This document shows positions 48,896 to 58,544 of a DNA stretch of 64,000 nucleotides, piece by piece; position 1 is the first letter of the stretch, and the number at the start of each line of letters is the position of its first letter. The notes beneath the pieces are model-generated. The model was not told where the DNA came from, ran no database searches, and was given only the letters and a program-made list of their open reading frames with translations. A program made the translations under genes and the position numbers. This stretch comes from Candidatus Omnitrophota bacterium (GTDB lineage Bacteria; Omnitrophota; Gorgyraeia; JACQQV01), in contig JACQQV010000010.1 of the NCBI GenBank assembly GCA_016206785.1, positions 302-64,301 of the forward strand, in the 5' to 3' direction.

Positions 48896-50932
48896 TTAGC
48901 GTCCCCATTTCAATAAAAGGTCAAAGGTAAGGGTATCCCCTCCTTCAAAAAGGGTCGGTCGGTGGAAGAGGAGCCCCAGTTCTTGATAATTGTGTTCAAG
49001 TCCCTGCTCTGAATCCGAAACCGTTTCGACGGGAAAGTGCCAGAGGCGGAAAGGTGTCGAGAAAGTAAAGGAGAGGGGAAAGCCGTACCACTCATCCTGC
49101 AAGGAAAATTCACGGCATTCCCCTTTTTCACCCGTCCGAACCCATTGCGGATCCCACACAGAAAAATTGAACTCAACACCAAATTTTCCTTCCAAAAGAT
49201 GGGAGGAAAGATTCTGGATCGTGTAGGTCACCGCTAAAGAGGCGTCTTTCTCATTCGGGCGAATCACTTTCTGAAGGCGAACTTTCCGAGAGTCTTCCCC
49301 TTTCCCTACTTCCCCTTCCCGTTCAAGAAGGACGTGAAGTCCTCCTTTCGTCTTCTCCACGCGTGAACGATAAGGGGCGTTGATGAATGAACCTTTCTCT
49401 TCAAAAGCGGCCTTCGCAAACTCCTCCACCGTCACCCCCTCATCCAGAAAGTGATCCAAAAGACAGACGCGCGGATACCAATCGTACGCAAGCAGTTTCT
49501 CGAGGTGAGGCTCTTTAACCTTCACCGCTTCATGAATACTCACCGGTGCGAGGGATTGTTCCGCTTTTTGAAATTCCTGTTTGAGAAGTTTCTCATGATA
49601 GGCCTCTTTTCTTCGCGAGAGGGTATTGATCAGATTGATCCCTTTCTCCTTATCGTCCAGTTCGAAAAGAGAACCTCCCCGCCCTGGGTCAAGAAAAAGG
49701 GTGTAACGAGAAGTGCTCACGATGATCTCTTCTCTTCCATCCTGATCAAAATCGACGCATTGTGCTTCTAACCAGGGGGTCTTGGAGGGATAGCGGGCTG
49801 CCTCCATCGCTTTTTCCGATTCGATGAGATGGTGGTAAAGCGTTGATCTCAAATGCCCGAGATAAAGCCCTCCAAAGATGCCATGCCAGTAGGCGCAGTT
49901 GCATTGCGCTTTATAAAGATGGGTTCTCGCTTCTTCAACGAGCGTTTTATTTTTTAGAGGAGGGTCTTCGGTCTTTGGTCTTTGGTCTATTTCTCTTAGT
50001 TTCTGACTCGCCCAAAGCATCCGTTTGTGGAGGCGATTTCCCTCAGGATACTTCACGAAGAAATTACGGAAATAGCCTCCCGACCACTCCAACATCTCCC
50101 GATAACTGGCGCAAGGGAGATAGACCATCCCTTGGGGAAGTCTCTCTTGGAGGATCTCACTAAATGTTTTGAGTACGATCCAGTCCCTGTTTTCTTCAAG
50201 GACCCTAAAAAACCGTTCAAGCCACTTCTCCCCATAGACCCACTGTTCAGTTTCCGGCCACAACCCGAATTTCTCACCGTCATCTGCAAAAACCTGTAAG
50301 ACATCGGATCCGCCGGAGGAAACCAACGATCGAAAGTGGTCTACCGTTTCTTGGGGTTCTTTAAACGGGATAAGATAACGCAATTTTTCAGAGGCGGGAA
50401 AAATGCGAATCGCTTTCCCCGATTCCTCGGTCATAAAAAAGCCGATGAGATCGCGTTCAGAGAGACCCCCCAGTTTGAAGTGGGTATCGTCCATGATCGT
50501 GTAAGAAAATCCCCCCTCCGAAAATGTCTTGGCCAAAGAAGGCTCCCAGACCCGCTCGGCAAGCCACGCCCCTTTCGGTTCCACTCCGAAGGTTTCCTTC
50601 AAGAAACGGCTCATCCGTGCCAGTTGCCCCAACCGATCTTCCTCGGGAATGATCGGCAGGATCGGTTCATAATAACCGCCGCCTAAAAGTTCAACGGATC
50701 CTCTCGCGACCAGTGCTGCAATCCTTCGGATGAAATGAGGTTTTCTTTCCCGAAGCCAGTCCAGAAGACAACCGCTGTAATGAAGAGAGACTTTGATCAG
50801 GGGATGGGCCTCTAAGACGGTCAAGAAGGGATCGTAAGCCTTTTGAGTGGCTTCCTCAAACACCTGATCGAAGTTTCCGATCGGCTGATGGGAATGGAAC
50901 GCCATTGAAAATAAAATTTTCGGAGACGACAT
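48896..50932 (-). CDS. GH57 4-alpha-glucanotransferase/alpha-amylase
   Basis: HSHQP, GAWLAERVWEP, DDGEKFG and AQCNCAYWHG motifs. Confidence 0.9.
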   Translation of the reverse strand: MSSPKILFSMAFHSHQPIGNFDQVFEEATQKAYDPFLTVLEAHPLIKVSLHYSGCLLDWLRERKPHFIRRIAALVARGSVELLGGGYYEPILPIIPEEDRLGQLARMSRFLKETFGVEPKGAWLAERVWEPSLAKTFSEGGFSYTIMDDTHFKLGGLSERDLIGFFMTEESGKAIRIFPASEKLRYLIPFKEPQETVDHFRSLVSSGGSDVLQVFADDGEKFGLWPETEQWVYGEKWLERFFRVLEENRDWIVLKTFSEILQERLPQGMVYLPCASYREMLEWSGGYFRNFFVKYPEGNRLHKRMLWASQKLREIDQRPKTEDPPLKNKTLVEEARTHLYKAQCNCAYWHGIFGGLYLGHLRSTLYHHLIESEKAMEAARYPSKTPWLEAQCVDFDQDGREEIIVSTSRYTLFLDPGRGGSLFELDDKEKGINLINTLSRRKEAYHEKLLKQEFQKAEQSLAPVSIHEAVKVKEPHLEKLLAYDWYPRVCLLDHFLDEGVTVEEFAKAAFEEKGSFINAPYRSRVEKTKGGLHVLLEREGEVGKGEDSRKVRLQKVIRPNEKDASLAVTYTIQNLSSHLLEGKFGVEFNFSVWDPQWVRTGEKGECREFSLQDEWYGFPLSFTFSTPFRLWHFPVETVSDSEQGLEHNYQELGLLFHRPTLFEGGDTLTFDLLLKWGR

Positions 50933-51402
50933 CAGAGTTTGCTTTGATCCTCTTTTCGGATGATGGACAAGATTTCCTCGACGGTCTTTGCCTTTCGAAG
51001 CGTGTTTCTAAAAAATTTGTCCTTTAAGAGTCGTGAAATCCGCGCCAAGGCCTTAAGGTGAGGGCCGGTCGAATCCTCCGGCGCTACCAAAAGGAAGAAA
51101 AGATAGACCGGCTCTCCATCCAGAGATTCAAAATTGACCCCCTTCTGGGAAAGACCGAAGGCCGACACAAGCTCCCGGGCCCCGTCCAATTTTCCATGCG
51201 GAATTCCGATGCCTTGTCCAATTCCCGTCGAGCCCAAGGATTCGCGATTCAAAAGGGACTTGATGAGTTTCCCGCGCTCCTTTTCATCAATTTTCTTTGC
51301 CTCAATTAAAAGGTCGACGAGCTCTTCAATGACTCCTTTCTTGTCTGCGGCCTGTAGATTCGGCGAGATCGCTTTGTCACTCAAAAAATCCATAATTTTC
51401 AT
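50932..51402 (-). CDS. PTS EIIA (Fru/Ntr type)
   Basis: RESLGSTGIGQGIGIPHG and HLKALARISRLL motifs. Confidence 0.92.
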   Translation of the reverse strand: MKIMDFLSDKAISPNLQAADKKGVIEELVDLLIEAKKIDEKERGKLIKSLLNRESLGSTGIGQGIGIPHGKLDGARELVSAFGLSQKGVNFESLDGEPVYLFFLLVAPEDSTGPHLKALARISRLLKDKFFRNTLRKAKTVEEILSIIRKEDQSKL

Positions 51403-51434
51403 TGCAGACTCCTTTTTATTAGTCCAGTTCTACT

Positions 51435-51494
51435 TCGTATCTCGTGAAGCGTCGTTCGTCAAACGAGATACGCTTCACGAACGACGAGCGACGA
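51435..51494. repeat. Inverted heptamer array (TCGT/ACGA units)
   Basis: TCGTATC TCGTGAA GCGTCGT TCGT...ACGAGAT ACGCTTC ACGAACG ACGAGCG ACGA. Confidence 0.75.
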
Positions 51495-51497
51495 AAA

Positions 51498-51572
<75 letters not shown>

Positions 51573-51579
51573 AGAAAAT

Positions 51580-51664
51580 TGGTGGGCGGAAGAGGGCTCG
51601 AACCTCCAAGGATTTCTCCACAAGCTCCTAAGGCTTGCGCGTATACCAATTCCGCCATCCGCCC
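51580..51664 (-). tRNA. tRNA-Leu(TAG)
   Basis: Long variable arm; CAAGC-CTTAGGA-GCTTG; encoded CCA. Confidence 0.93.
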
Positions 51665-51710
51665 TTTTAATCCTCTATCCGCCATCGGTTTGGTGCAAAA
51701 AGGAAGTTCG

Positions 51711-51783
<73 letters not shown>

Positions 51784-51812
51784 GAAGATCAAAACATATA
51801 TTATAACATAAA

Positions 51813-51957
51813 TGGCGTGCCTGGCAGGACTCGGCGCCCTCCGCTCACTCCGTTCGCTTCGGGTCGGCCCCCCGCCCGCAAACCGCATGCTCCCTATTCG
51901 GTCGCATGCTGCGGGCTCCCTTCGAGTCCCAAAGGGCACGCATCGACGAGAAATTCA
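51813..51957. repeat. Duplicated tRNA-Arg 3' end with a ~124-bp structured insert
   Basis: 19-bp direct repeat GCGTGCCTGGCAGGACTCG at 51815-51833 and 51958-51976. Confidence 0.8.
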
Positions 51958-51958
51958 G

Positions 51959-52032
51959 CGTGCCTGGCAGGACTCGAACCTGCGACGCCCAGCTTCGAAG
52001 GCTGGCGCTCTGTCCAACTGAGCTACAGGCAC
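51959..52032 (-). tRNA. tRNA-Arg(TCG)
   Basis: Acceptor stem GTGCCTG/CAGGCAC; anticodon arm CCAGC-CTTCGAA-GCTGG. Confidence 0.92.
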
Positions 52033-52036
52033 GTTT

Positions 52037-53425
52037 CTACAATAAGATCCACGTGGCAAGAACAAGATAGGCGCTCGTACTGACCAAATCGGTGGTGGTG
52101 GTAATCAAAGGACCTGTTGCGGTCGCTGGATCGACCCCAAAACGACTTAACACAAAAGGCTCGGCCGCTCCGGCGGTACTGGCGACAATCATGGAGGTGC
52201 ACATCCCCAGTCCAACGACAATAGGAAAAAAGAGTTCAAACCGGTCCCCGTAAAGACTGAACGCCATCACAGCAAGAACGATTCCATAACAAACCCCTAA
52301 CAACACACCGACACGAAACTCTTTAAAAACGGTTCTCGCCATATCCTTCTGCTGGATATGCCCCGTGGCCAGGCTCCGCACCACAATCGTTGCAGACTGT
52401 GCACCGACATTTCCTCCCATCGCTGCAATGAGCGGGAGAAAGGAAGCGAGGGCTACAATTTTACTTAAGGTGAATTCATAATGCTTGATGATGACAGAGA
52501 CCACCAGTTCGCCGATGAGTGTCGTGATGAGCCATGGGAGTCGGAGGCGAGCGATCCGGAATGTAGAACGGGCAGCGATGTCCTCCGCCTTCGTCCCCGC
52601 CATTTTTGCGATGTCCTCTGTCGCTTCCTGTTGAATCACATCGACGATGTCGTCAATGGTGATGATCCCCAAAAGACGGTCGGCCTCGTCCACAACAGGA
52701 ACATCCAAAAGGTCATACTTTGAAAACCATTTTGCCACCTCTTCCCGCGGCATGTCATGCGTAATCTTGATAAGTTCCGCCGGAGACATGAGGTCTCGGA
52801 TCGGCATGTCCGGGGCAGCAAGGAGGAGTTCTTGGAGACTTAAGGTTCCAGTTAACCGATGTTCATCGTCCGTCACATAGACCGAGTAGATGTCCTGCTG
52901 CGCCTGACCTGCCTTTCGCCCTTCTTGGAGTCTCAGAATCGCGTTCTTCGCGGTGAGTTCCTTCTTCAATTCGATAAAATCTGTCGTCATGAACGCACCC
53001 GCCGTCCCTTCCCGATAACTGAGGAGGCGCCGGACATCCTCCACTTCTTCCTTCCGCATCATCCCAAAAAGGCGCTTGACGACCCGTTGCGGAAGATCCT
53101 TGAAGAGCTTCACCCTTTGGTCTGCAGACATCTCGTTCAAAACCTGCGAGACCTCTTCGTTGGCGAGGTTATTCAGGAGGAGGGACTGTTCCTCAAAACG
53201 GAGATTCTCGAAAAGTTCTATCGCTTTTTGTGCAGAGAGGAGTTTAAACACAAGGATCTTTTCGGTAAGGGAGAGGGACTTAAACCCCTCGGCAAGGTCC
53301 AGAGAAGGAACTTTTTTAAGAAAATCCTTTAACTGGGGAAAGTCCTTTTTTTCGAGGAGCTCTTTAATCTCCGGAAGAAAAAGGGCGAGGATTTCGAGGG
53401 ATCGTTGTCCCCTGTGGTTTCTCAT
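52037..53425 (-). CDS. mgtE: Magnesium transporter MgtE
   Basis: CBS pair, RLPWL, AMGGNVGAQS and DPATATGPLITTTTD motifs. Confidence 0.95.
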   Translation of the reverse strand: MRNHRGQRSLEILALFLPEIKELLEKKDFPQLKDFLKKVPSLDLAEGFKSLSLTEKILVFKLLSAQKAIELFENLRFEEQSLLLNNLANEEVSQVLNEMSADQRVKLFKDLPQRVVKRLFGMMRKEEVEDVRRLLSYREGTAGAFMTTDFIELKKELTAKNAILRLQEGRKAGQAQQDIYSVYVTDDEHRLTGTLSLQELLLAAPDMPIRDLMSPAELIKITHDMPREEVAKWFSKYDLLDVPVVDEADRLLGIITIDDIVDVIQQEATEDIAKMAGTKAEDIAARSTFRIARLRLPWLITTLIGELVVSVIIKHYEFTLSKIVALASFLPLIAAMGGNVGAQSATIVVRSLATGHIQQKDMARTVFKEFRVGVLLGVCYGIVLAVMAFSLYGDRFELFFPIVVGLGMCTSMIVASTAGAAEPFVLSRFGVDPATATGPLITTTTDLVSTSAYLVLATWILL

Positions 53426-53431
53426 TATCGG

Positions 53432-54043
53432 TTACCGTGCATAGTCTGGTTCATTCCCCCGCTTCCACTTAATGTTACATCCGATGCTCGGCTTCTGAGT
53501 TGAACTGACCGGCTTCCCCGCAAGGACCGCTTCGATCGCGGCCCGAAGATCTTTGCCTGTGACCGGCTTCCCATTCCCGGGCCGGCTGTCATCGAGCTGG
53601 CCCCGATAGAGGAGCCGCCAAGTTACATCCCCGCCCGAGGCGGGTCCGCCTCCGGCGGAAAAGAGGAAGAAGTCCGGCGTGCAGGCAGCGGTGTAGGTCT
53701 TCGCGACATGCTGCGTTTCATCGTAGCAGAAAGGAAAGGTGAGTCCGAGTGTCTTGGCCATCGTCTTTAAGTTCTCCGGAGCATCGTCCGGATAATTTTG
53801 CGCATCGTTGGAACTAATCGCAATGATCCCGATCTCCCGCTTCGCATAGTCCTTCCCGAGACGCGCCAGTTCCTGCTTCACATGCTGCACATAGGGGCAA
53901 TGCTGGCAGATGAACATGACTAGAAGCGCTTTCTTATCCGCGAAGGTCTTGGGACTCACCCTCTGGCCCGAGACAACGTCCGGGAGGCTAAAGTCGGGTG
54001 CTTGCGTTCCCAATTCAAGCATGGTTGATTCTGTGAGTGACAT
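53432..54043 (-). CDS. Thioredoxin-fold (PRX-like1/AhpC-TSA) protein
   Basis: FICQHCPYV, ACTPDFF, YRGQLDDSRP and SIGCNIKW motifs. Confidence 0.9.
   Translation of the reverse strand: MSLTESTMLELGTQAPDFSLPDVVSGQRVSPKTFADKKALLVMFICQHCPYVQHVKQELARLGKDYAKREIGIIAISSNDAQNYPDDAPENLKTMAKTLGLTFPFCYDETQHVAKTYTAACTPDFFLFSAGGGPASGGDVTWRLLYRGQLDDSRPGNGKPVTGKDLRAAIEAVLAGKPVSSTQKPSIGCNIKWKRGNEPDYAR
53630..53659. repeat. 30-bp double-hairpin element inserted in-frame
   Basis: TCCGCC-GGA-GGCGGA CCCGCC-TCG-GGCGGG encodes SAGGGPASGG. Confidence 0.8.
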
Positions 54044-54110
54044 AGAGATATTTTAACAACTCGTTGAAAAGACGTCAATTAGGATTTATAATGGTGCGGC
54101 GGAGAAAAGG

Positions 54111-55202
54111 ATGAAACAGAGTCGTCTTGTCTTAAGGATGGTCTTTGCGATTCTCCTCATCGGTACTCAGTCGACCGGTGCAGGTTCCGAATCCCTTCCT
54201 CCCGTTGAAGCGGGACGGTGGGAAGAGGTGGTCAAGGAGGAATTCAACGAACTTCAGTTGTTACAACCCCCCCTCTGGAGAGAGGACAACCCCGACGACG
54301 CCACTCCCTTTTCGGACAACGGAACCTTTTTCCGTAAAAAAAATCCAGCGTTTACCCCTCCTTCCGGGTATCGGATCTCGGCCCCTTTGGGAAAGAATGG
54401 TCTTCTCGCGATTGAGTCCTACTCCCGAATAAAGAAAGATCCAAAGAGCCTTTTTGATATCGTCGAGGACCCTGCGCATCCCGGAAACCGCGTTCTCCGG
54501 ATCGCCTCTCCGGAGCACACAGACGGAACAATCCTTCACACCGGTGCCTTAGGGTCCCGTTATCAGATTTGTGCCCGTGTCGGTTATATGAACTTTGGAA
54601 CGGGGGAGGGCGATAACGGATACAGCGGCGGAGAGCGGGGCGGGCCATGGGTCGACAGCGACGCTACTGAAGAAAACGGTTTCTACTTTGGGGCCATCTA
54701 CCGTTCAAAGCCGATGCCCCATAACAATATCTTTGCCCACCACCAAAGGATTCTCTTTATCGACTCCGACAATAACAAGGAAGGGTGGACAGCGATCTGG
54801 GACCCCGGAAAAGAGGAGTTTGTCAAAAGCGGTGCCCATCCGGTCATGATGGTTGCGGTGGATGGCCGTGGCGAGGAGACAGAAGAGTATGGACCTCCCT
54901 TCCTCTCCTATGCCGCGGGCAAGTGGCAGGAGTCGGGCAAGATCCTCGCGGTCGATGCGTATAAGAAAGACACCTGGTACACCGTCTGTTTTACGCGAAT
55001 GGATAACAGGATTTCGATAAAGATTTCAGGCGACTTTCGGTACGGAGGAAATAAAACGTACGAAGCGATCCAAAAGGATACAAGCCGCGTCTTTCATTTC
55101 AACGATCCCCATTATTGGTTCCTCGGCGACCCGCATACGAATTATTACGAAGGGATGATGCTTGTCGATGACGTAGCACTCAGGATCTGGAAAGCAAAGT
55201 AG
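54111..55202 (+). CDS. Secreted hypothetical protein
   Basis: 363-aa ORF with a signal peptide; upstream TTGAAA-17-TATAAT and an SD. Confidence 0.7.
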   Translation: MKQSRLVLRMVFAILLIGTQSTGAGSESLPPVEAGRWEEVVKEEFNELQLLQPPLWREDNPDDATPFSDNGTFFRKKNPAFTPPSGYRISAPLGKNGLLAIESYSRIKKDPKSLFDIVEDPAHPGNRVLRIASPEHTDGTILHTGALGSRYQICARVGYMNFGTGEGDNGYSGGERGGPWVDSDATEENGFYFGAIYRSKPMPHNNIFAHHQRILFIDSDNNKEGWTAIWDPGKEEFVKSGAHPVMMVAVDGRGEETEEYGPPFLSYAAGKWQESGKILAVDAYKKDTWYTVCFTRMDNRISIKISGDFRYGGNKTYEAIQKDTSRVFHFNDPHYWFLGDPHTNYYEGMMLVDDVALRIWKAK

Positions 55203-55211
55203 CAAACGGCG

Positions 55212-55766
55212 TTAAAATTTCACCTTCGGCGCTTCTTTCACGGAAGCGTCCTCCACTTCAAAGAACTCTTCCTTGTGAAAGTTGAAGGTACCCGCAATGA
55301 GATTCGTCGGAAACTGCTCGACCGCCGTGTTCAGTTTCTGCGCCCAATCATTGTAATTGTTGCGTGAAAATGAAATCTTGTTTTCGGTGGACGCGAGTTC
55401 CTCTTGAAGCGACAAAAGATTCTGGTTCGCCTTCAAGTTCGGATAGTTCTCCACAACGGCGAAAAGGGACCGAAGGGACTGTGTGAGCGCCGTCTCCGCC
55501 CTTCCCTGCTCCTTTACGCCGGAGACATCAATCGCCTGCTGACGCGCTTTGATCACATTTTCCAAGACCGTCTTCTCATGGGCGAGATACCCCTTTATCG
55601 TCTCCACAAGATTCGGAATCAGGTCGTATCTTCTTTTCAGTTGCACATCAATCCCTGCCCACGCATTCTTCACTTCATTCCGCACCGAGACAAGTTGATT
55701 GTACATGCTGATCACGGCGATCACCCCTAATACCGCGACAATCAGGATACCCCATAAAATCACCAT
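55212..55766 (-). CDS. lemA: LemA family protein
   Basis: QLKRRYDLIPNLVETIKGY, ENYPNLKAN and FPTNLIA motifs. Confidence 0.93.
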   Translation of the reverse strand: MVILWGILIVAVLGVIAVISMYNQLVSVRNEVKNAWAGIDVQLKRRYDLIPNLVETIKGYLAHEKTVLENVIKARQQAIDVSGVKEQGRAETALTQSLRSLFAVVENYPNLKANQNLLSLQEELASTENKISFSRNNYNDWAQKLNTAVEQFPTNLIAGTFNFHKEEFFEVEDASVKEAPKVKF

Positions 55767-55779
55767 CGAACCCTCCTTT

Positions 55780-57432
55780 CTATAACCCCTTTGTATGTTC
55801 AATCAGATATTGAACCAGTTCCAGTTCATCCTTCTCAAACCAGATGAGGTTGCAAGAGAAGCAACGGTCCACCTCCACCAGGTAGGCCATCGTATAAAAC
55901 CCTTTAACCATCCACGCGCCACACCGTGGACATTGAAGGGAAGAACGCGCATTCCCGGGGGGCCTAAGCCGGAATTTTTGAAGACCGCTTTTTTGCGCAA
56001 GTTCGGCAAGTCTCTCGATCCTTTCGTCAAAACGGACTTCCCTTCGGATGACAAGGCGGGGCATTTTATTCTCTTCCAAAAGGACCCCCTCACAGAAGAG
56101 GCAGCGCTTCACGATGGCTCCCTCATACGTTTCTTCGACGAGGGATTGTTTGCACGTGGGACAAAGAAGCGCGGAGGCTTGAAATCCCTTGAGTTGCCCC
56201 TCAAAAAAAGGCTTCAAGAGCGGCTCGTCTTTCGCCTGCTTGACGCTTTCTTCTTCGATCCCCTTTAACCAGGTATCCGGTGTAACCCACCCGAGGTGCA
56301 TCAGCTGAGGAAAGGTGAAAGGACCTGCCCACCCTTTCTCTTTTTCCATGACCATCCACTGAGACCCTTTTTTCTCGAAAGCGCTCTCACGCGTTTTCTC
56401 CTTTATTTTTTCCTGGGAAAGAACGTGCTCCTCAATCGCTTGCGCATCGACGTGCGCCATCTGTGTAAGGAGCGCGATGCGCTTGCGGATGGGAGGATGG
56501 GTGGAAAGAAGATCCGCCCAAAATCCTTCCGATTCGTCGACCTCCTCCCGGAGCGGATTCATAATAAAAAGTGATTCAAGATTCGAATCGATGTCTCCAA
56601 ATCCTCTCCAGCCCCTCGAAATCAGAACAAGCGCCTCCGAAAGACTGATCGGGTCCCGGGTGATTTTTACCGCGATCGCATCGGCCCGGAGTTCCCTGTC
56701 TCGCGAGACAAAGAGGCGGATCAGATTATAAAAAAACTGGAGGAGGGTGAGGAGGATGTAGATCAAGGCCAAAAATAAAACGATACCTCCGGCCCTTCCG
56801 GAAATTCGGACGCGGCCGCCTCTAAAGATCTTCCTCATGCCCGAAAGCATCGCTGCATAGATGCCGAAGAAAGAGCAGCCGAGCGTCGTCTGATACGAAT
56901 CACCGGAGACAATATGTCCCACTTCATGTGCAATCACCGCCTGAAGTTGTTGGCGATTGAGTTTCGAAAGGAGGCCCTCCGTGACACCCATCAGTGCATG
57001 TCTATCGTCGTGGGAGAGGGCGAAGGCATTCATCGCCAGAGTCGGAATGACAACGGGGGCAATGATGTATTTATTTCCTGTGGCGACATTCACTTCTTCT
57101 ACAATCGTTTTGAAACGTTGGTGATACGTATCGGCCGGATCCACGGCGATGGCGCCAAGGTTTTGGGTCACAAAGGAGGAAACATGATGAATCGAATAGA
57201 AGGCATGGAGAGTTGCCGCAACGAGCGCAAACAGAAGAACATTCAGAAGCTCGTGGCGGGTGAGGAAAGGAGATCCTCTCCCGAAGAGGTCAGCGGCTTG
57301 AAGCACAAAAAAGGCTTTCGTGACGTTGGCTAAAATGACGGCGATCAAAAAATAAAAAAGAACCACGACGATAAAAAAGACCCAGATCCGCGTGTTCTTC
57401 TGTTTTTCGATCTCTGTATACGTGAGAGTCAT
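55780..57432 (-). CDS. M48 (HtpX-like) metalloprotease with two C-terminal zinc ribbons
   Basis: NAFA, HEVGH, SRDRELRADA and STHPP motifs; CPTC..CLFC and CPRC..CFSC. Confidence 0.85.
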   Translation of the reverse strand: MTLTYTEIEKQKNTRIWVFFIVVVLFYFLIAVILANVTKAFFVLQAADLFGRGSPFLTRHELLNVLLFALVAATLHAFYSIHHVSSFVTQNLGAIAVDPADTYHQRFKTIVEEVNVATGNKYIIAPVVIPTLAMNAFALSHDDRHALMGVTEGLLSKLNRQQLQAVIAHEVGHIVSGDSYQTTLGCSFFGIYAAMLSGMRKIFRGGRVRISGRAGGIVLFLALIYILLTLLQFFYNLIRLFVSRDRELRADAIAVKITRDPISLSEALVLISRGWRGFGDIDSNLESLFIMNPLREEVDESEGFWADLLSTHPPIRKRIALLTQMAHVDAQAIEEHVLSQEKIKEKTRESAFEKKGSQWMVMEKEKGWAGPFTFPQLMHLGWVTPDTWLKGIEEESVKQAKDEPLLKPFFEGQLKGFQASALLCPTCKQSLVEETYEGAIVKRCLFCEGVLLEENKMPRLVIRREVRFDERIERLAELAQKSGLQKFRLRPPGNARSSLQCPRCGAWMVKGFYTMAYLVEVDRCFSCNLIWFEKDELELVQYLIEHTKGL

Positions 57433-58544
57433 GGAGGCATTCTTTTCTCGGGAAACAATTGAAGAAGCCCTTCTTCGGTTGCCGGGCAGACCCCACGTTC
57501 CGTAATCAGGGCCGTCACGAGCCGTCGCGGCGTTACATCAAAGGCATAATTCGCCACCTGCGTTTCCCTGGGTGTTAAAAGGACTTTTTTGATTTCTCCA
57601 TCGCAGAGGCCCTGAATATGGGTGACCTCTTCGGCGCGACGCTCCTCGATCAGAATTTCTGAAATGCCCTCCCTCTTTTCCCAATCGATGCTCGTGGAAG
57701 GAAGCGCCACATAAAAAGGGATTCCGTTATCGTGGGCGGCAAGAGCCATGAGATAGGTCCCGATCTTATTGGCGACATCGCCGGTAGCCGTCGTCCGATC
57801 CGAGCCGACGATGGCCAAGTCGATCTTGCGGCGCTGCATCAAATATCCGGATGCATTGTCAACGATGACCGTGTGAGAAACACCATGTTGACCGAGCTCC
57901 CAGGCAGTGAGACTCGCTCCTTGATTGCGCGGTCTCGTCTCATTCACCCAGATATGAAGATCGATCCCTTTGTCGAATGCCTGATACATGGGGGATGTCG
58001 CCGTTCCCCAATCGATGCAGGCCAGCCATCCGGCATTGCAGTGCGTAAGAATATGGACGGCCCCTCCCCCCTTTTTCGCACGAATCGCCTCGATGAGCCG
58101 AAGACCATGTTCTCCAATTCTCCGGCAACTTTCAACATCTTCCTCCGCCATCTTCTGCGCCTCTTCGAAGAGAAGCTGAACCCCTTCCTCTTTCGAGCGC
58201 ATGCGCCTGATAACCTTCAATTGCCGCTCGATCGCCCACTGGAGATTGACCGCCGTCGGTCGTGTGGCCTTGAGCCTGGAGGAGGCGTCCTCCATTATTT
58301 TTTCAAGAGACTGATCCGACGGTGCGTCCAAAAGAGCCAGATACATCCCAAACGCCGCCGCAACGCCGATCAAGGGGGCCCCGCGAAGATGCATCTCTTG
58401 AATCGCGGAAGCGATCTCATCGAGCGTTCTTATTTCTTCGATCACAAATTTGTGGGGAAGATAGCGCTGGTCGATGAGTTGAATGGTGTGAGGGTCACCT
58501 TGTTTGACCCAGAGGCTTCGATAGGGAATGCCATGAATCTTCAT
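57429..58544 (-). CDS. mtnA: Methylthioribose-1-phosphate isomerase
   Basis: RGAPLIG, RPTAVNL, THCNAGWLA, ETRPRNQG and NKIGT motifs. Confidence 0.95.
   Translation of the reverse strand: MKIHGIPYRSLWVKQGDPHTIQLIDQRYLPHKFVIEEIRTLDEIASAIQEMHLRGAPLIGVAAAFGMYLALLDAPSDQSLEKIMEDASSRLKATRPTAVNLQWAIERQLKVIRRMRSKEEGVQLLFEEAQKMAEEDVESCRRIGEHGLRLIEAIRAKKGGGAVHILTHCNAGWLACIDWGTATSPMYQAFDKGIDLHIWVNETRPRNQGASLTAWELGQHGVSHTVIVDNASGYLMQRRKIDLAIVGSDRTTATGDVANKIGTYLMALAAHDNGIPFYVALPSTSIDWEKREGISEILIEERRAEEVTHIQGLCDGEIKKVLLTPRETQVANYAFDVTPRRLVTALITERGVCPATEEGLLQLFPEKRMPP

Noticed and set aside
51813-52032. Prophage or genomic island at tRNA-Arg
   Set aside because: Only ~124 bp lies between the repeats and there is no integrase; kept only as a scar or mini-element.
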